From the NCBI GenBank assembly GCA_037379345.1, contig CM074511.1:13516001-13580000 (forward strand): a DNA stretch of 64,000 nt, given 5' to 3'. Positions within the stretch are counted from its first letter, which is position 1. Every line of letters starts with the position of its first letter. This DNA comes from Perna viridis (Eukaryota). The notes under the pieces are model-generated. The model did no database searches. It had not been told where the DNA came from and worked only from the letters and a program-made list of their open reading frames with translations. This document shows, piece by piece, positions 39,301 through 51,954 of the stretch. The position numbers and the translations under genes are program-made.

Positions 39301-42300
39301 ATTAATCCCTTGAACGTCTCTGGAAGTTTTGAATTTACAAACATTACGCAATTAAAGATATTACTTTTGTATGCTTAGAAAAATTTAGTGAAATAAGAGG
39401 AACTTCAGACAACCCAATCAAAATGCTTAAGGTATGGAAAATCGGCACCTTTTCTTGAAACTGTTAATTGTTTTTTTGTATATTGTCTTTATTTGAATGT
39501 CCATCCTTCTGAAATATCCCACCCTCAATATTTAAAGTGGCACATTTTCTTCATGTATTAGTAAAAAAGAAATTGACAAGGATTGGTACTACTTGGTCTT
39601 TGGTAGAATACATTACCACAATTGTTTTTTTTACCCTTAGTTCATACTTTTTTTTATGTTAAATACCAGTAGATTTTCCTTGTATGATTTGACAAAAAAT
39701 TACAAATGTGAAAAAGATTTGTACATGAAGAAGACAGACATGTAATTCTTAAAAGTATCTCAAAGATATATGTTGTCTTGAAATTACAGATTAATCAAAG
39801 CCAATTTAGGTGGTTCATGGCTTTGCTCATTTAAGTAAATGTATGCTAATGTTCTGTCCTGTGCTTGCACTTAAGGTTGTAATTAGATACGTGGCATCAT
39901 TTTAAGTTTCACTGTTTATTTTGTATTATGAACACACATCTCAAGGTCTATGGAAATATTAGTCATATGAAAGCATTTCTATTTATTTTACAGGTATGTT
40001 GTGAGCTTCTTACTGGATTCTACTATTGGATTAATTGTAATCTACATTGGTCTGAAGATAACACAAATTATTGTTAGAAAGTATAAGTGTGAGACACTGA
40101 TATTTGGAGAATATGGTATGTTTAGTGACCTGTTAATGAAAGAAGTTATGCCAGTTTGTTCTTGCTGTTCCTTCCAATTCAACATTTACATTAGTTATTT
40201 GATAAACAAATCTACTCATACATGTGCAGCTATATTAGATGTTTGAAATCTACTCATCTTTAACATAGTGTCATTGAGGAAATGGAAAAGTTAAGAATGA
40301 AAAAGAATGACAGATTACAGTCTGCTAAATTTTGAAAATTTTTTTTCAAAATAAAGAAGTTTGTTTTTTCTCCTCCAGATTTGTGCCTGTTTATAAATCA
40401 TTTTAGTCCTGCTTAGGCCATGGGTCCACTATGGTGTAGCATTTATGCCTATACAAAAATGTACTTGTACTTTATTTATATATATATGTGTGTGAAGTGG
40501 TTTTTATAAATTTTGATTTAGAAAAGTTTTGGGAAGAATCAGTGCTACAGCTAATACATACTGAATATTACATGTCAAAATCTGAATAGCATGCTGTATC
40601 AACCAGAGACTCTTATAACACCCCAAGGGCCACCAGCCCGAGGGGTGATATAGGTCAGGGGTTGATACAGCATGTGATACAGATTTTAATATGTCATATT
40701 CATTATATCATATATTTTAACCGTACTTCAAGTTTAGTCTGTGAATGGGTGTGATATAAGGTATGCGATATTGGTCTAGGTGGTGTAATATAAGGTATGC
40801 GATATAGGTCTAGGTGGTGTGATATAGGGTATGCAATATAGGTCTCTAGGTGTAATATAGGGTATGCAATATAGGTCTCTAGGTGAGATATAAGGTATGG
40901 GATATAGGTCTAGGTAGTGTGGTATAGGGTATGTGATATAGGTCTAGGTGATATGGTTTAGGGTATGCGATATAGGTCTAGGTGGTGTGATATAAGATAT
41001 GTGATATAGGTCTAGGTGATGTGATATAGGGTATGCAATATAGGTCTAGAGGTGTGATATAGGGTATGGGATATAGGTCTCTAAGTGTGATATAGGGTAT
41101 GCAATATAGGGTAGAGGGTATAGGGTTTAAACAAACACTTATAATGCATATACAAAAACATTATATTTTAATCTGAATATATGACATAAGGTGATACCCA
41201 ATTCTGAATGTTTTGTTGGCACTGGTTGTGATCAGTGAAATAGTGTAAACCTATTGAACCTATTAAAATTTAATGTAAACATGACATATTCTTTTGTCCT
41301 GATATCTCTATACTTAATGTGTATAATGTTTTGTCCTGTAAGACTTGGCTCAGACATGTGATTTTTCTATTTTTCAGGGAGTCCACCAAAATGTAATGCT
41401 TTCATAGGACAGTGTGGTTTGTATATACTGGTGATGATAATTGAGAAGATATTAATGACACTGCTGATATTGTTCCATTTCTGGAAAGATGTAAGTATGA
41501 ATTAGCTTGGATGACATCAATGTAATATCATATACAATTCTCTGATTTATTACATTAATCAAAGCATGTATTAAATTCTGGTACAGGTGTCTGATTATTC
41601 ATCAAGAATTCTGCTAAAATCAACATAAATGTCTTTAATTCAGTATTTGTAAATGGTTGTTCTGTGTGATTAAGGATAATACACATTTTTAGCTCACCTA
41701 GCCGAAGGCCAAGTGAGCTATTGCCATTACTTGACGTCCGTCTTTGTTAACAATTTTTCAAAACTCCTCTCCTTTGACCCTATTTGACCAATTGGAACCA
41801 AACTTACTATGAATGTTCCTTGGGGTATTGTGCATAGAACTGAGGTGGGGATTTTCAATCCATTGAAAAACATGGCTGCCGTTACTAAAAATAGAACGTA
41901 GAGGTTGACAGTAGTTTTTCGCATATATCTCCATATTCTTTAAATTTAGCCAAATTCTGACATGGTTAAAATCTTCAGCATGGTGAGGTTTATCCTTGGT
42001 TAAATTTTCATTTTAATCTGTTAACCCCAGTTGGAGTTATTGCCCTTTTTCGACGTTTTTTGCAAATTTTAATGTTATTTCTTTCAAAAATCTTCTCCTC
42101 TGACATTACTTGACCATTTGTAACCAAACTTGGTATGAATGTTCCTTGGGTTATTGTGCATAGAATGGTTGTAGGGATTTTTGATCCGTCGAAAAACATG
42201 GCGGCTGTTACTAAAAATGAAAGATAGGGGTCAGACAGTAGTTTTTTGCATATATCACCATAACCCTTAGGTTTAGCCAAATTCTGACATGGGGGTTAAA

Positions 42301-44286
42301 GTATTCAACATGAGTAGATCTATCTGTGGTGAAATTTTCATTTTAATCTGTTAAGCCATGAAGGAGTTATTGCCCTTTTTTTGGCGTTTTTTTTTTTGCT
42401 ACTTTTGATGTTACTTCTTTCAAAAATCTTTTCCTCTGACACTACTTGACCAATTGGAACCAAACTTAATGAATGTTTCTTGGGTTATTGTGCATAGAAC
42501 TGATGTGGGGATTTTTGATCCGTTGAAAAACATGGCCTTTGTTAAAAATAGAACAAAGGGGTCAGACAGCAGTTTTTCACAGCAAAATTATTTCTATTGC
42601 TGAAATGACCCTTATTATGATAGTTCTACCAAAGTCTTCTTGAGTCAAAATTGTTGGACAACTCTTTGTTAAATTTATTACCCTTGAAAGACGAACTTTA
42701 ACCAGGTGAGTGATTTAGGCTTCTGGGAGCCTCTTGTTTTCAGAAATTATGGATGTGTAAAATCAGACTTTTCACTCACAAACTTGACATGAAGTACTTT
42801 GGACTTCTATATTTTTATGTGTGAATCATCCGATTTTACTATACAATGATAAATTCTGGAAAAAAACCATTGTTTTATCCTATAATGAAATTCCAACAGA
42901 AAAATGGATATCTGAAATACTCAATGTCCTCAGTTTAGCAAATCTGAAGCATTTAGATTATTTTGTTTTTAATTAATTGTTTTTCAGGTGAGAAAGTTCA
43001 TAATGTCACCAGTCAAAGATCCGAGGGTAGAATTAGTCATAGTAATGTTTATAATACCTCTTGTTGTTAATGTAAGTTAAATGTTAGCTATTTTATGTCC
43101 AGACAACAAAATTAGAATTGGGTGCTTATAATTATATTAATATGGGATGACATGATGAAAGTATAAACATGTCCATAATGATACTTTTGAAGATTTAATT
43201 TTCATCGGAAACTACTTTTATGGTTTATTTTCAGTCCCAAAAAAGAATATCGAAATATTTGGCTGTAACAGAATCCACAAAATAAAAAACATTTTGTAAT
43301 ATACAAAGTTAGTAATATACAATGGAGTTAACTACTGGGAAAAAAATTGGTTGTCCATTTGTTGAATGGCCATTACCTGATGAAATGTCAACTTGACATA
43401 ACTTAAGTGTTTTGATTTATGTTTGATAGAAAGTTGATGTCTCTTTGTTAATTGTCCATTTACCTTCCCCAAGAATGTTTATCTGATGATTGTCATTTAA
43501 TCCAGAAAAGGCAACAAATAAATCCTGAAGTTGACTTAATTTCTCACTGTAATTTACAAATTAAAAAAAAATAAGTGTTATGTTATGAACATCTTGAAAG
43601 GATTTTGATTTTAATTCATACCACTTGATGAGTAAGATAAAGATGTTTTTTGGTGTTCACTGCACTTAAAGTAACTTAATCACTGGGTATACATGTACAT
43701 ACATTTTTCTATTAAAATGTATTTTTAGGGAAGATATCTAAATTTATTAACAGTTTTTTTTTTAAATCTCAGTATATTCTATATCTAATACTCTTTTCAT
43801 TTGATAAGATATTGTATTGTGTTGTTATGAATTCTTTTGACTTCAAAGTCAAAATTGAAGCATTTTGGAAAACTTACTGATATATGTATTTTGTCCACTT
43901 ATAGAGATATTAACATGATGTTTTATTGCATGAATATGCCTAAGGGATTTAAGTTAATATTATTATTTTCTGAGAAAACCATACTATCTTTTACAATCTT
44001 TAAAATGATAAGAAATTCAAGAAAACAGGTTTGGAATATATGATTTTGTCTTTTCCAGGCATTTATATTTTGGGTTGTTGACAACTTCCTCAAGTTAAAG
44101 AAAAGAGGCACAAAAACAATATATGTAACAGATAATGACCCTTCAGTTACTTACCATAGGCGATCAGAAAAGGCCAAATCTTACAATAAAATTGAAAGAT
44201 CTGAAGAATCTGATTTACTTGCCTCTACAGATGAAGAAATTGATATCAGACACAGGTCAAGTTCTATGGATCATTTATTATCATGA
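36313..44286 (+). CDS. STIMATE: Store-operated calcium entry regulator STIMATE (TMEM110), 7 exons, 285 aa
   Basis: Phase-consistent exons 36313-36478, 38491-38539, 39000-39095, 39994-40115, 41378-41490, 42988-43071, 44059-44286 (858 nt). Family motifs [91 protein letters not shown]. Confidence 0.95.
40562..40703. repeat. ~140-bp foldback hairpin in STIMATE intron 4
   Basis: tgaatattacatgtcaaaatctg...catgctgtatcaacc pairs with ggttgatacagcatg...cagattttaatatgtcatattca. Confidence 0.75.
40749..41125. repeat. Minisatellite, ~33-34 bp unit, about 11 copies
   Basis: Unit about GTGATATAGGGTATGCGATATAGGTCTAGGTGGT, itself made of two GATATAGG-containing halves. Confidence 0.92.
41686..42738 (+). 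mobile_element. Helitron/HINE-like non-autonomous element with ~330-bp internal repeats
   Basis: Start TTTTTAGCTCACCT..CCGAAGG..AGTGAGCTA hairpin; three repeats starting ~41757, ~42082 and ~42418; end CAGGTGAGTGATTTAGGCTTCTGGGAGCCTCTTGTT. Confidence 0.8.
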
Positions 44287-45749
44287 TGTTACAGGAAGTT
44301 TTAAGAAAGAGAGACAACTCATTGAGATGGTTGATCATGTGATAGATTTGTTTGGTTTTGTCTTAAGATTTGAAGTGAGATATTTTGGTGCTGATGTTTA
44401 TGTATGTAAATGTGTGTAAGAAACCAAACATGACAATTTAAAAGTGCAATGTTGGTAAGTATGCCATGCTTTTGGGCAGAAGTCAGTATTATTGAATTTT
44501 AATATAATTTCTTTTTCCAGAATGCATGTAAAATCATTTGTGTGTTTTAAAATTACAATTTTCTAGAATTGAGAACTATAAATGAAATATTGCTGTAGAA
44601 ACTGATTGGCTATGCTCATCCAATATTCATTATCTTTACTAATTGGATATAAAAAATAACAATTTAAGATTTGAAACCCAACATTGAATGCTGCTTGTAC
44701 TTAGATTTCTAATTTACACTCAGGTTTGTAAACTTAGGATAAAGTCTTTTTTCGAAATTACATGATATTATTTTTGTGTAAACATATGAACTCGCAGTAA
44801 AAACACTTATATAATAAAAATTTGCCTTCAATATGGCTGGCAAAAATCAAAGTACTTACTTGGTTCTCAGGCTTTCATTTTTCTCTATTTAGAGAGTCTT
44901 AAAATTTATATTTACAACATGCATAAAGTAAAAGCAAAAAAAACACATCCCTCTGGGAAAGGCAAAAAGCACCATATCACATTTTGGAATAATGAGAAAG
45001 TAAGAAGAATATATACCTTTCTCATTGAATTATGTAAAAACGTCGTTAGAAGCAAGAAAGTTGGGTTAATTAAGATAATTTAATTTTAACTACTATTGTT
45101 AAGTATATATAGAGGTAACAAAAAGATTCATTTCTAAATAATGTAACAAAATATTTCAGGTATTGATATCATAACAACTAGGACCAACAACCAAACATCA
45201 ACTATCTCTGTGGCTATGAATGATTTAATGAACATTTTAGGGTTAGATATATGAAAGTCCTAGTTGTGATGCTTTTAACTTGCAGTTAGTGTAGATTCAG
45301 TTGAAATACATTGAAGAAGTATAGGATGTTTATTTTCTGTTAAAAAATGAAGGGGTTTGTTTACTTTTGCTGTTTTAACAAGTGTATTTAAAATAAGATA
45401 TTAGAATAAACTTTTTTCAAGTGTTAATCACAGAACTACTTTTTTATGATAGTTATATTAAATTCTTGTTGGGTAATAAAACTAGTTGAAAGTGTACTGT
45501 GTTAGTATTCATAATATAGACTGTATGGTTTTACTTTTAGAGGGTGGTCTTTATAGGATTTCAATTAGAGGAAAGGGAGTATTCTCAAATCAACTTTGTA
45601 AAGCACATGAGATGATTAGTATTTGTTTAGATAACTTGAAAGTTTTGTAGTTGCAATTTACAATCAAATAATATATTTAGAGAGGAAAGTATATATATAG
45701 TTGCTAAAGTAAATTTAGAAGTTATTACAAATAAAGTAACAAGGTTTTA

Positions 45750-46120
45750 AGAGAGTGTCCACGCAAAAACTGGGCACTGGGTGGCACATGACAAATTTTG
45801 TTTTAAATAAATTGTCATTAATGCATCCTTTCTCAAAGTTGAATGTTGGTTTATGATTAACTGCAATGATTAAAGAGAAAAAATTGAATTGAAACCGTCG
45901 AAATTCATTACTCTTTCATTTTGTGCAAAATTTGGTTGCTTTCCTTGGGAACTGTAAAATTATTTCTAAGCCATCCATTAAAGATTAAAATAAATCTTTG
46001 TAATATTGGACATATATATGAATTAAAAATTACATTGGAATAAAAAATTCTGTTGGATAAAATTTACTATGTGCCATCCATGTCATAAAAACTGCCTGGT
46101 TTCTAAATGGACAATCTCTT
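45750..46120. mobile_element. MITE-like element with imperfect TIRs
   Basis: agagagtgtcca...gggtggcacatgacaaattt pairs with aaatttactatgtgccatcca...tggacaatctct. Confidence 0.5.
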
Positions 46121-49100
46121 TGCAACTGATAAAACTTTGCAAATTAGAAATTTATCTTTTATTAACCAAGTAAGTAATACTTCATCTAAACTAAAGTAGG
46201 TTATGAAGTTCTAAAAATTTACATTATGAGTGCAATTAATCATTTTAAATTTTGACTTAATACAGTTGATTTTATTTTAGTTGATTGAAAACATTATTGT
46301 TATATTTATTATAAATTTGATTGATCTTGCTGCTTAACTATGTAGTATATAAACTGTAGTGCTAATCTGCTAGTCTTGAAAATGTAAGGTATGTACTGTT
46401 TTCAATTGTTTGTGAATTGTACTGATTATGTACATTCAGGATATGAAATTGTTTTCTCATTACATCTATTGACAGATTGCCATCCTAAGTGTGTGAGCAC
46501 TCTGGATTATCTGTTCTTAAAATAATCTACTTAATATGCATTCATTGCTCTACTACATACAATGTATAAATGATAATACAAGTCATCTTGAATTTATCTT
46601 TCAAGGATATACGAAAAAAATCATTCTTTATTCTCATATTGTGTAGAATTTATCATAAAGATGCATATTTGAATGCAGCTTTTAAATTTGAAAAGAGGTT
46701 ACTGATCACCAATCAAGAAATATTTGGTGTTCATTTACAAGTTATTTCTCTTGACATTTATTAAAGATATATATTTGATCAACTTATTGATTTATTTAAA
46801 ATTTGGTAATTATGATGTGAAAAAAATTGTACATTTGTTTTTGTAGATGCTAAGTTATGAGCTCAGAGTTAGTATTTTGCTGAATTTATTTTAGTGGTTC
46901 TAGAGAAAATAAAAGTATGTCAAAATTAACATCCCATGAAAATAACCTGCTGTACATTACCATCAAAGCTGGCCATTATGGTAGAAGTGTTAAATATTGT
47001 ATACATGGTGCTACTGAAAAACTTGCTGTTAACATGATTGAATGAAAATGTGACCAGAAATGTTGTAGATCACATGTCTTTAAATGATCACATGATATAA
47101 GTTCACTCGTTTTTTAATACAGATATACGGAAATCTTGACTACCATATATGAATAAAAAGCAATTTGGAACAATGACAACCCAATTTGTACTTGACTGCA
47201 TTTGTCAGAGGCACCAAATCTCTTTTCAACTTCTCTTTCTTTCCGAATACATTAATTAAACTGTTCAACTATACAATATAGAAAATTATTATTACATGCC
47301 AAATAAGTGATCTGAAAAATACATTTATTTGTTTAAGTTTTTTTAATGAAAAAAAAGTCAAGTGTTCACTTTAGAGATGCCTCCTGTCTTTTTTAAATCT
47401 TGCAGGTGATTTCTATGATGACAATATATGATATAAGACAGTAAATCAAATAGAATGTTTTGCAGAAGTTTTACTTTTTAACCATTGTGTTCATCTTTCT
47501 AGTCTCAGTTAATATCGATTAATTTTATAATTTATCTTATCATTCAATTACATGTACTTAAAAATGTTATATGTGGTCTCCTAGAACAAGGTGTATCCTT
47601 AATTTTCAACAAATCTAGAAACTTAATTTAAAGAAGCTGAAGTTGACTGTCTGATAAGAAAAAAAGATGGTTGTCAATCATTAAAATGTCAATAAAATGA
47701 AATTTCTTACAATTATGGAAAGGCAAGACCTAATTTATTTCATGTTTTATTGGGTATTATTCTGCAAGTATTTCTATGATTAAAAAAAAAGAATTACTGG
47801 TATCTGTAGAAATGTTTGGGATAAATATTGTTCCAATTATTTTTGTAAATGAGTTTTCACTTTCATTTCTAAAGAATTGGAAAGATCGCATAAAACAAAA
47901 AAAATGAAGTGCTGCATTTTTGGTTTAATGTTCTCTTATTTTTATCAATAGCAGTCAACCAAGAAAAAAAATCATATACATTTATGAATACATGTGTTTT
48001 ATTTTATGCTCAACTTTATACATTTAAATATTAATTTGCTGTTTTAATGAATTACTTGCTTTAATATATGCAAAATTGTGGGATATTGAAAGGATCACTT
48101 TCTCAATCATATTTGAAACTTAAGTATGCAGGACTCAGCTGTTGTTTTTTTTTAATTATAAATTCTAAAATGTGATGAATGAATGTTGGATTTTTTTATT
48201 CATAACATATTTATTTTACAACGAATATTCATTTATGTCATGGAGGTCAGTTCATTTATACACATTGCCGATATTTTTTTTTAAAGAAGTGTTGGATGTT
48301 CTCTTAGCATTCAAAGGCATAGGCATTTTCAATCGTGCTAAGTAAAAGGTTTATTAAGAATCAGTATGGATATAAGCAAAATGAGATACGTGATGCTTTT
48401 AGAGCTTTGTTGTGTAAAAAATCAAAACTAAGGGAATTTTCATTGAATTAAGTCAGTAAAATGATGGAGCTTCTATTTATATCCTCTTTTAAAATCATTG
48501 TGATAAAGTTGATTCACACAGCCAAATAAATACTACATCTGTCTGTGACTCTTTTCAGTACATGTATTTAATTTTGCACTTATTTATTCATTAAAAAAAT
48601 TCATAAATTGTAGCTTGAAATCTACAGTCAGTATATGTAGCATGTTTGAAAAGGATCAAAATTAGATGTTGATGTAATGAATTAGCTACATATTGTTAAT
48701 AAAATTATAGTGTACTTGGACGAATTGTCTTCAGCATAGGAATTTGTGCAGACTGTTGTTGAATGTCTGAGCAGAGAACAGGGTTGGAATTACATCAATC
48801 AAATCAAAAGCAAATCTTGCCTCTCTCCCGGTTTTGTGTTTTGTTGCTCACACAAAATCAAGAGTGATGTGAGATCAGCTTTAAATTCCATTTGAATGCC
48901 ACAGATTTGATTTATATACATGTATGTGGAGCCACACAAATTATATTGAGGTACAAAGATCTCCTATGATAGTATATATAATTACAAACATTATTTACAA
49001 TTTAATTATTATATTGGATAAATTGAATACAGTTATCCAAAATATTTGCATTCAATTCTTACCTATCAAGCACATGCTTTGACAATCGAATACTCGAAAG

Positions 49101-49941
49101 TGTGTAATGTTTATATTGCTTTTTTGTAGTGGTCAGTTTATATTATTTGATGAGTAACATGATTTAATTGCCAAAATTTAGTTAAAATATTTATGTTTGT
49201 ATTACACTGTTTAATTTTTACACTTGGCTTTATGTGTTCAATTTTATGTACGTGAATCAGTTTTAAATCTCACCATTTTGTTTTGCCTTGACTCAAAGCC
49301 GCAAACTAGCCCAAGCATAAAAAAGAAATCAATTAAAAAAAAAAAGAAAGGAAGAAAAGAGGTTAATATTTTTTTTCTCTGAAGACTAACGGCTTTAAAG
49401 ATCATAACTTAGTTAGAATTTAAGATCTGAGAATCATTGTACACTTGGCAATCGCTTAGTTTGCTAGTTATTCACTATTATTTATACGTTTGACAAAAAC
49501 TGTTAATAACTTGTCTTAATTTACGAATGTAATATTACAAGAAATTTCTTCCCCATATGGACACGTTTAATGATTTTGAACATGGACTGAATTGTGTGTT
49601 TTGTTACATTTTTCATATGTAAGCTTACTATGTTATAAAATGCCAAAACTTAATTTTGATAATAAAATATATCAAAATGCATTATTCTGTATGATTTTAT
49701 TTGACATGTTTCAATATAATCCAAAAAAATTTTCATATTCTTATTTATTATTCTCGTCAACAATAATTCATAACTACGTTTTAACGTCCTTGACTACTCT
49801 TTCGAATTTCAACTTGATACATAACATAGGCGTTTGATCATGCACCTTATATGGGAACGTTACAGAAAAAAATGACGATGAGGTTACAACACATTCCTCT
49901 ACCCTGATCGAGGCATACAATCAGAAAAATACATTGTTGTA

Positions 49942-49942
<1 letters not shown>

Positions 49943-49973
<31 letters not shown>
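49943..49973 (+). repeat. Poly(A) tract, 31 nt
   Basis: Direct observation. Confidence 0.9.
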
Positions 49974-49974
<1 letters not shown>

Positions 49975-50355
49975 GGTTTTATTTGATCGTAAATTTATTT
50001 CAACAAACTATCTAGCATTAAGAAAACGAACTGCTCACAAAAAAATTACTCACAAAAGTTCATTGCATTTCCAAGTCTGAATATGAAGGTGAATACGAGC
50101 TGTTATTACGTGTATGCTTTTTACATTTAAATGAAAGAAGTGGGTTCATTATTTTATTTCAAATCATTTATAGATGTACTGGTATAAATACGACTATGAT
50201 TCTTAAATTCAGTTTCACCTCTTAACCGATAGAAAGAAAGGGAAAAAATAGTATGGAAATGCCCATGTCATGAAAGATTACACTACTGACAAAACAAACG
50301 AGATTAAAAAGATTGCATTTAGTCTGCAAGATACAAAGACGACATATTCTTCAAT

Positions 50356-51470
50356 AAAGAGTAATCAAGGGAACCAAGGTTATAGCGGTAATCAAAAGAA
50401 TGTAATCCAGGGACAAAGACCAGACATGGAAAACAGACATACACAACAAAGAACATAAAGTAACTAAAATCATACATACAAAGTAACAAAAGTAAATGAG
50501 CAACTCGGACTCCACTAAAAACTGGGAGCATGGACCAGGTGCACCGGTAGGGTAAGCGTCCTCTGCTTTTTTAGAAACACCCGCCGAGTTGCTCATAAAA
50601 AGTCAAGTCCGGGGTAGACAAACGAGGAAAGAAAAACTATGACCCGTTGAATAAATCAGTTTTCATGGTGCTGATGGATACACCATAACGTTCCACGAGT
50701 TCATGATGACGACCATAAAACTTCTGTAGTGATGACTTCCAATCTTGTAGCAACATAACCCTGTTCCAGAAGCCTATTTGTTAGAGTTCTAGCGAGATAC
50801 AAAAAGTCTGCGTAGTCCCGGCAAGCTCTGGCATAACGTATGAGTTGTGATATGAACAATCCATACGCAGGAGCCGAAGGGATGTTGCCACAGATGAAAG
50901 GAAAGTTGACAATTCTGAATGAAAAGTCATCACGTTTGTCGTAAAGTTTGGTCAATAGTTTTCCTTTACCATCGATTTCTAAGTGTAGGTCAAGATATGA
51001 GGCTGACTTCACAGTGTCTGTAGTATCTTTTATCTCAAGATCTTTTGGGTAGATGCGATGTATCAAATCTTGAACTGATTGTCTCCAAAAGATCTTTTGA
51101 ATTTTTCAGGATTCACATTGAATTAATACCACTACGGGAGTAACAAGTGTTGTGGTAGGACTGTAGACCCTCTTTGACAGTTATGAGTATAGAAATTAAA
51201 AGTTTTGAAAGAGGTTTGGAGGTACATTTTGCAGATCCAGCTATGAAACGTTATTTGTATGGATTCTTGTGAAGTTTAGGAATCCAGTACATAGACGGTA
51301 AATCACAATCATCGTCCTTGGTAGAGAGACCAAAAGAGGATAGCACAGATTTATGGTTTTCCACAATCTCTTCTTTGGAAAGAGTGGTAGCAGTGTAGGT
51401 CTTATCACTGCTATTATTTTCTACGTCTACCTCTGATAATAAACATTGGATATAAAACGTTTTGCAAACA
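50356..51470 (-). mobile_element. Naiad-type Penelope-like element, truncated and internally deleted
   Basis: FVCKTFY...LPSMYWIPKLHKNPYK*RFIAGSAKCTSKPLS...YSRSGINSM*ILKNSKDLL, then a deletion joining to IHRIYPKDLEIKDTTDTVKSASYLDL...YGLFISQLIRYARAC, then the family 3' UTR. Confidence 0.85.
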
Positions 51471-51954
51471 AAAACAAAAAAATAGCAATATTGAAACTAG
51501 ATATTCAAATTCAGACTTTTAAATTTTAAACTTTTAAGTGAATAACTCAAAACTGTAACTAATTTGTTTTGAACTTGACATTGGAAATCCTACCGCTGAT
51601 AGTTATTTTTCCTCAATTATCCATATTTGATTTCTAAACAATAATTACTGTTCGAGTAAAATTTCATTGTAGACTTTGTAAAAATACAGCGTGACTCGCC
51701 TTTTAAATATTTAAAGTTTGAAATGTATTTATCAAATTAAAAGAACGAGATTTTTTCTTGTTGACGTTTGCTAATTTTACACGGAAACTTTCTAAAGCAA
51801 GTATATCTAGGTAAGAGTTGTTTTCGAACATTCATAATTTAATTTGCTTTTATTTGCCTTTTCCATGTTTCATAACCATTTTCTATCAATTCCATTTCAA
51901 GATGTAGTTGATATCTGAAATATGTAATTCTCACCTATTTCAATTTAGAAGCAT

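Noticed and set aside
40749-41125. Regular ~34-bp repeats as a CRISPR array
   Set aside because: Units are contiguous with no unique spacers, there are no cas genes, and the locus is a eukaryotic intron.
49943-49973. Poly(A) as a retrocopy tail
   Set aside because: No identifiable upstream retroposed sequence or target-site duplication.
51100-51270. In-frame TGA in the Naiad RT as possible selenocysteine (some clam Naiads encode selenoproteins)
   Set aside because: The TGA aligns with TGG (Trp) in the sister copy at ~52017, and a TAA and frameshifts occur in the same copy. This is ordinary decay.
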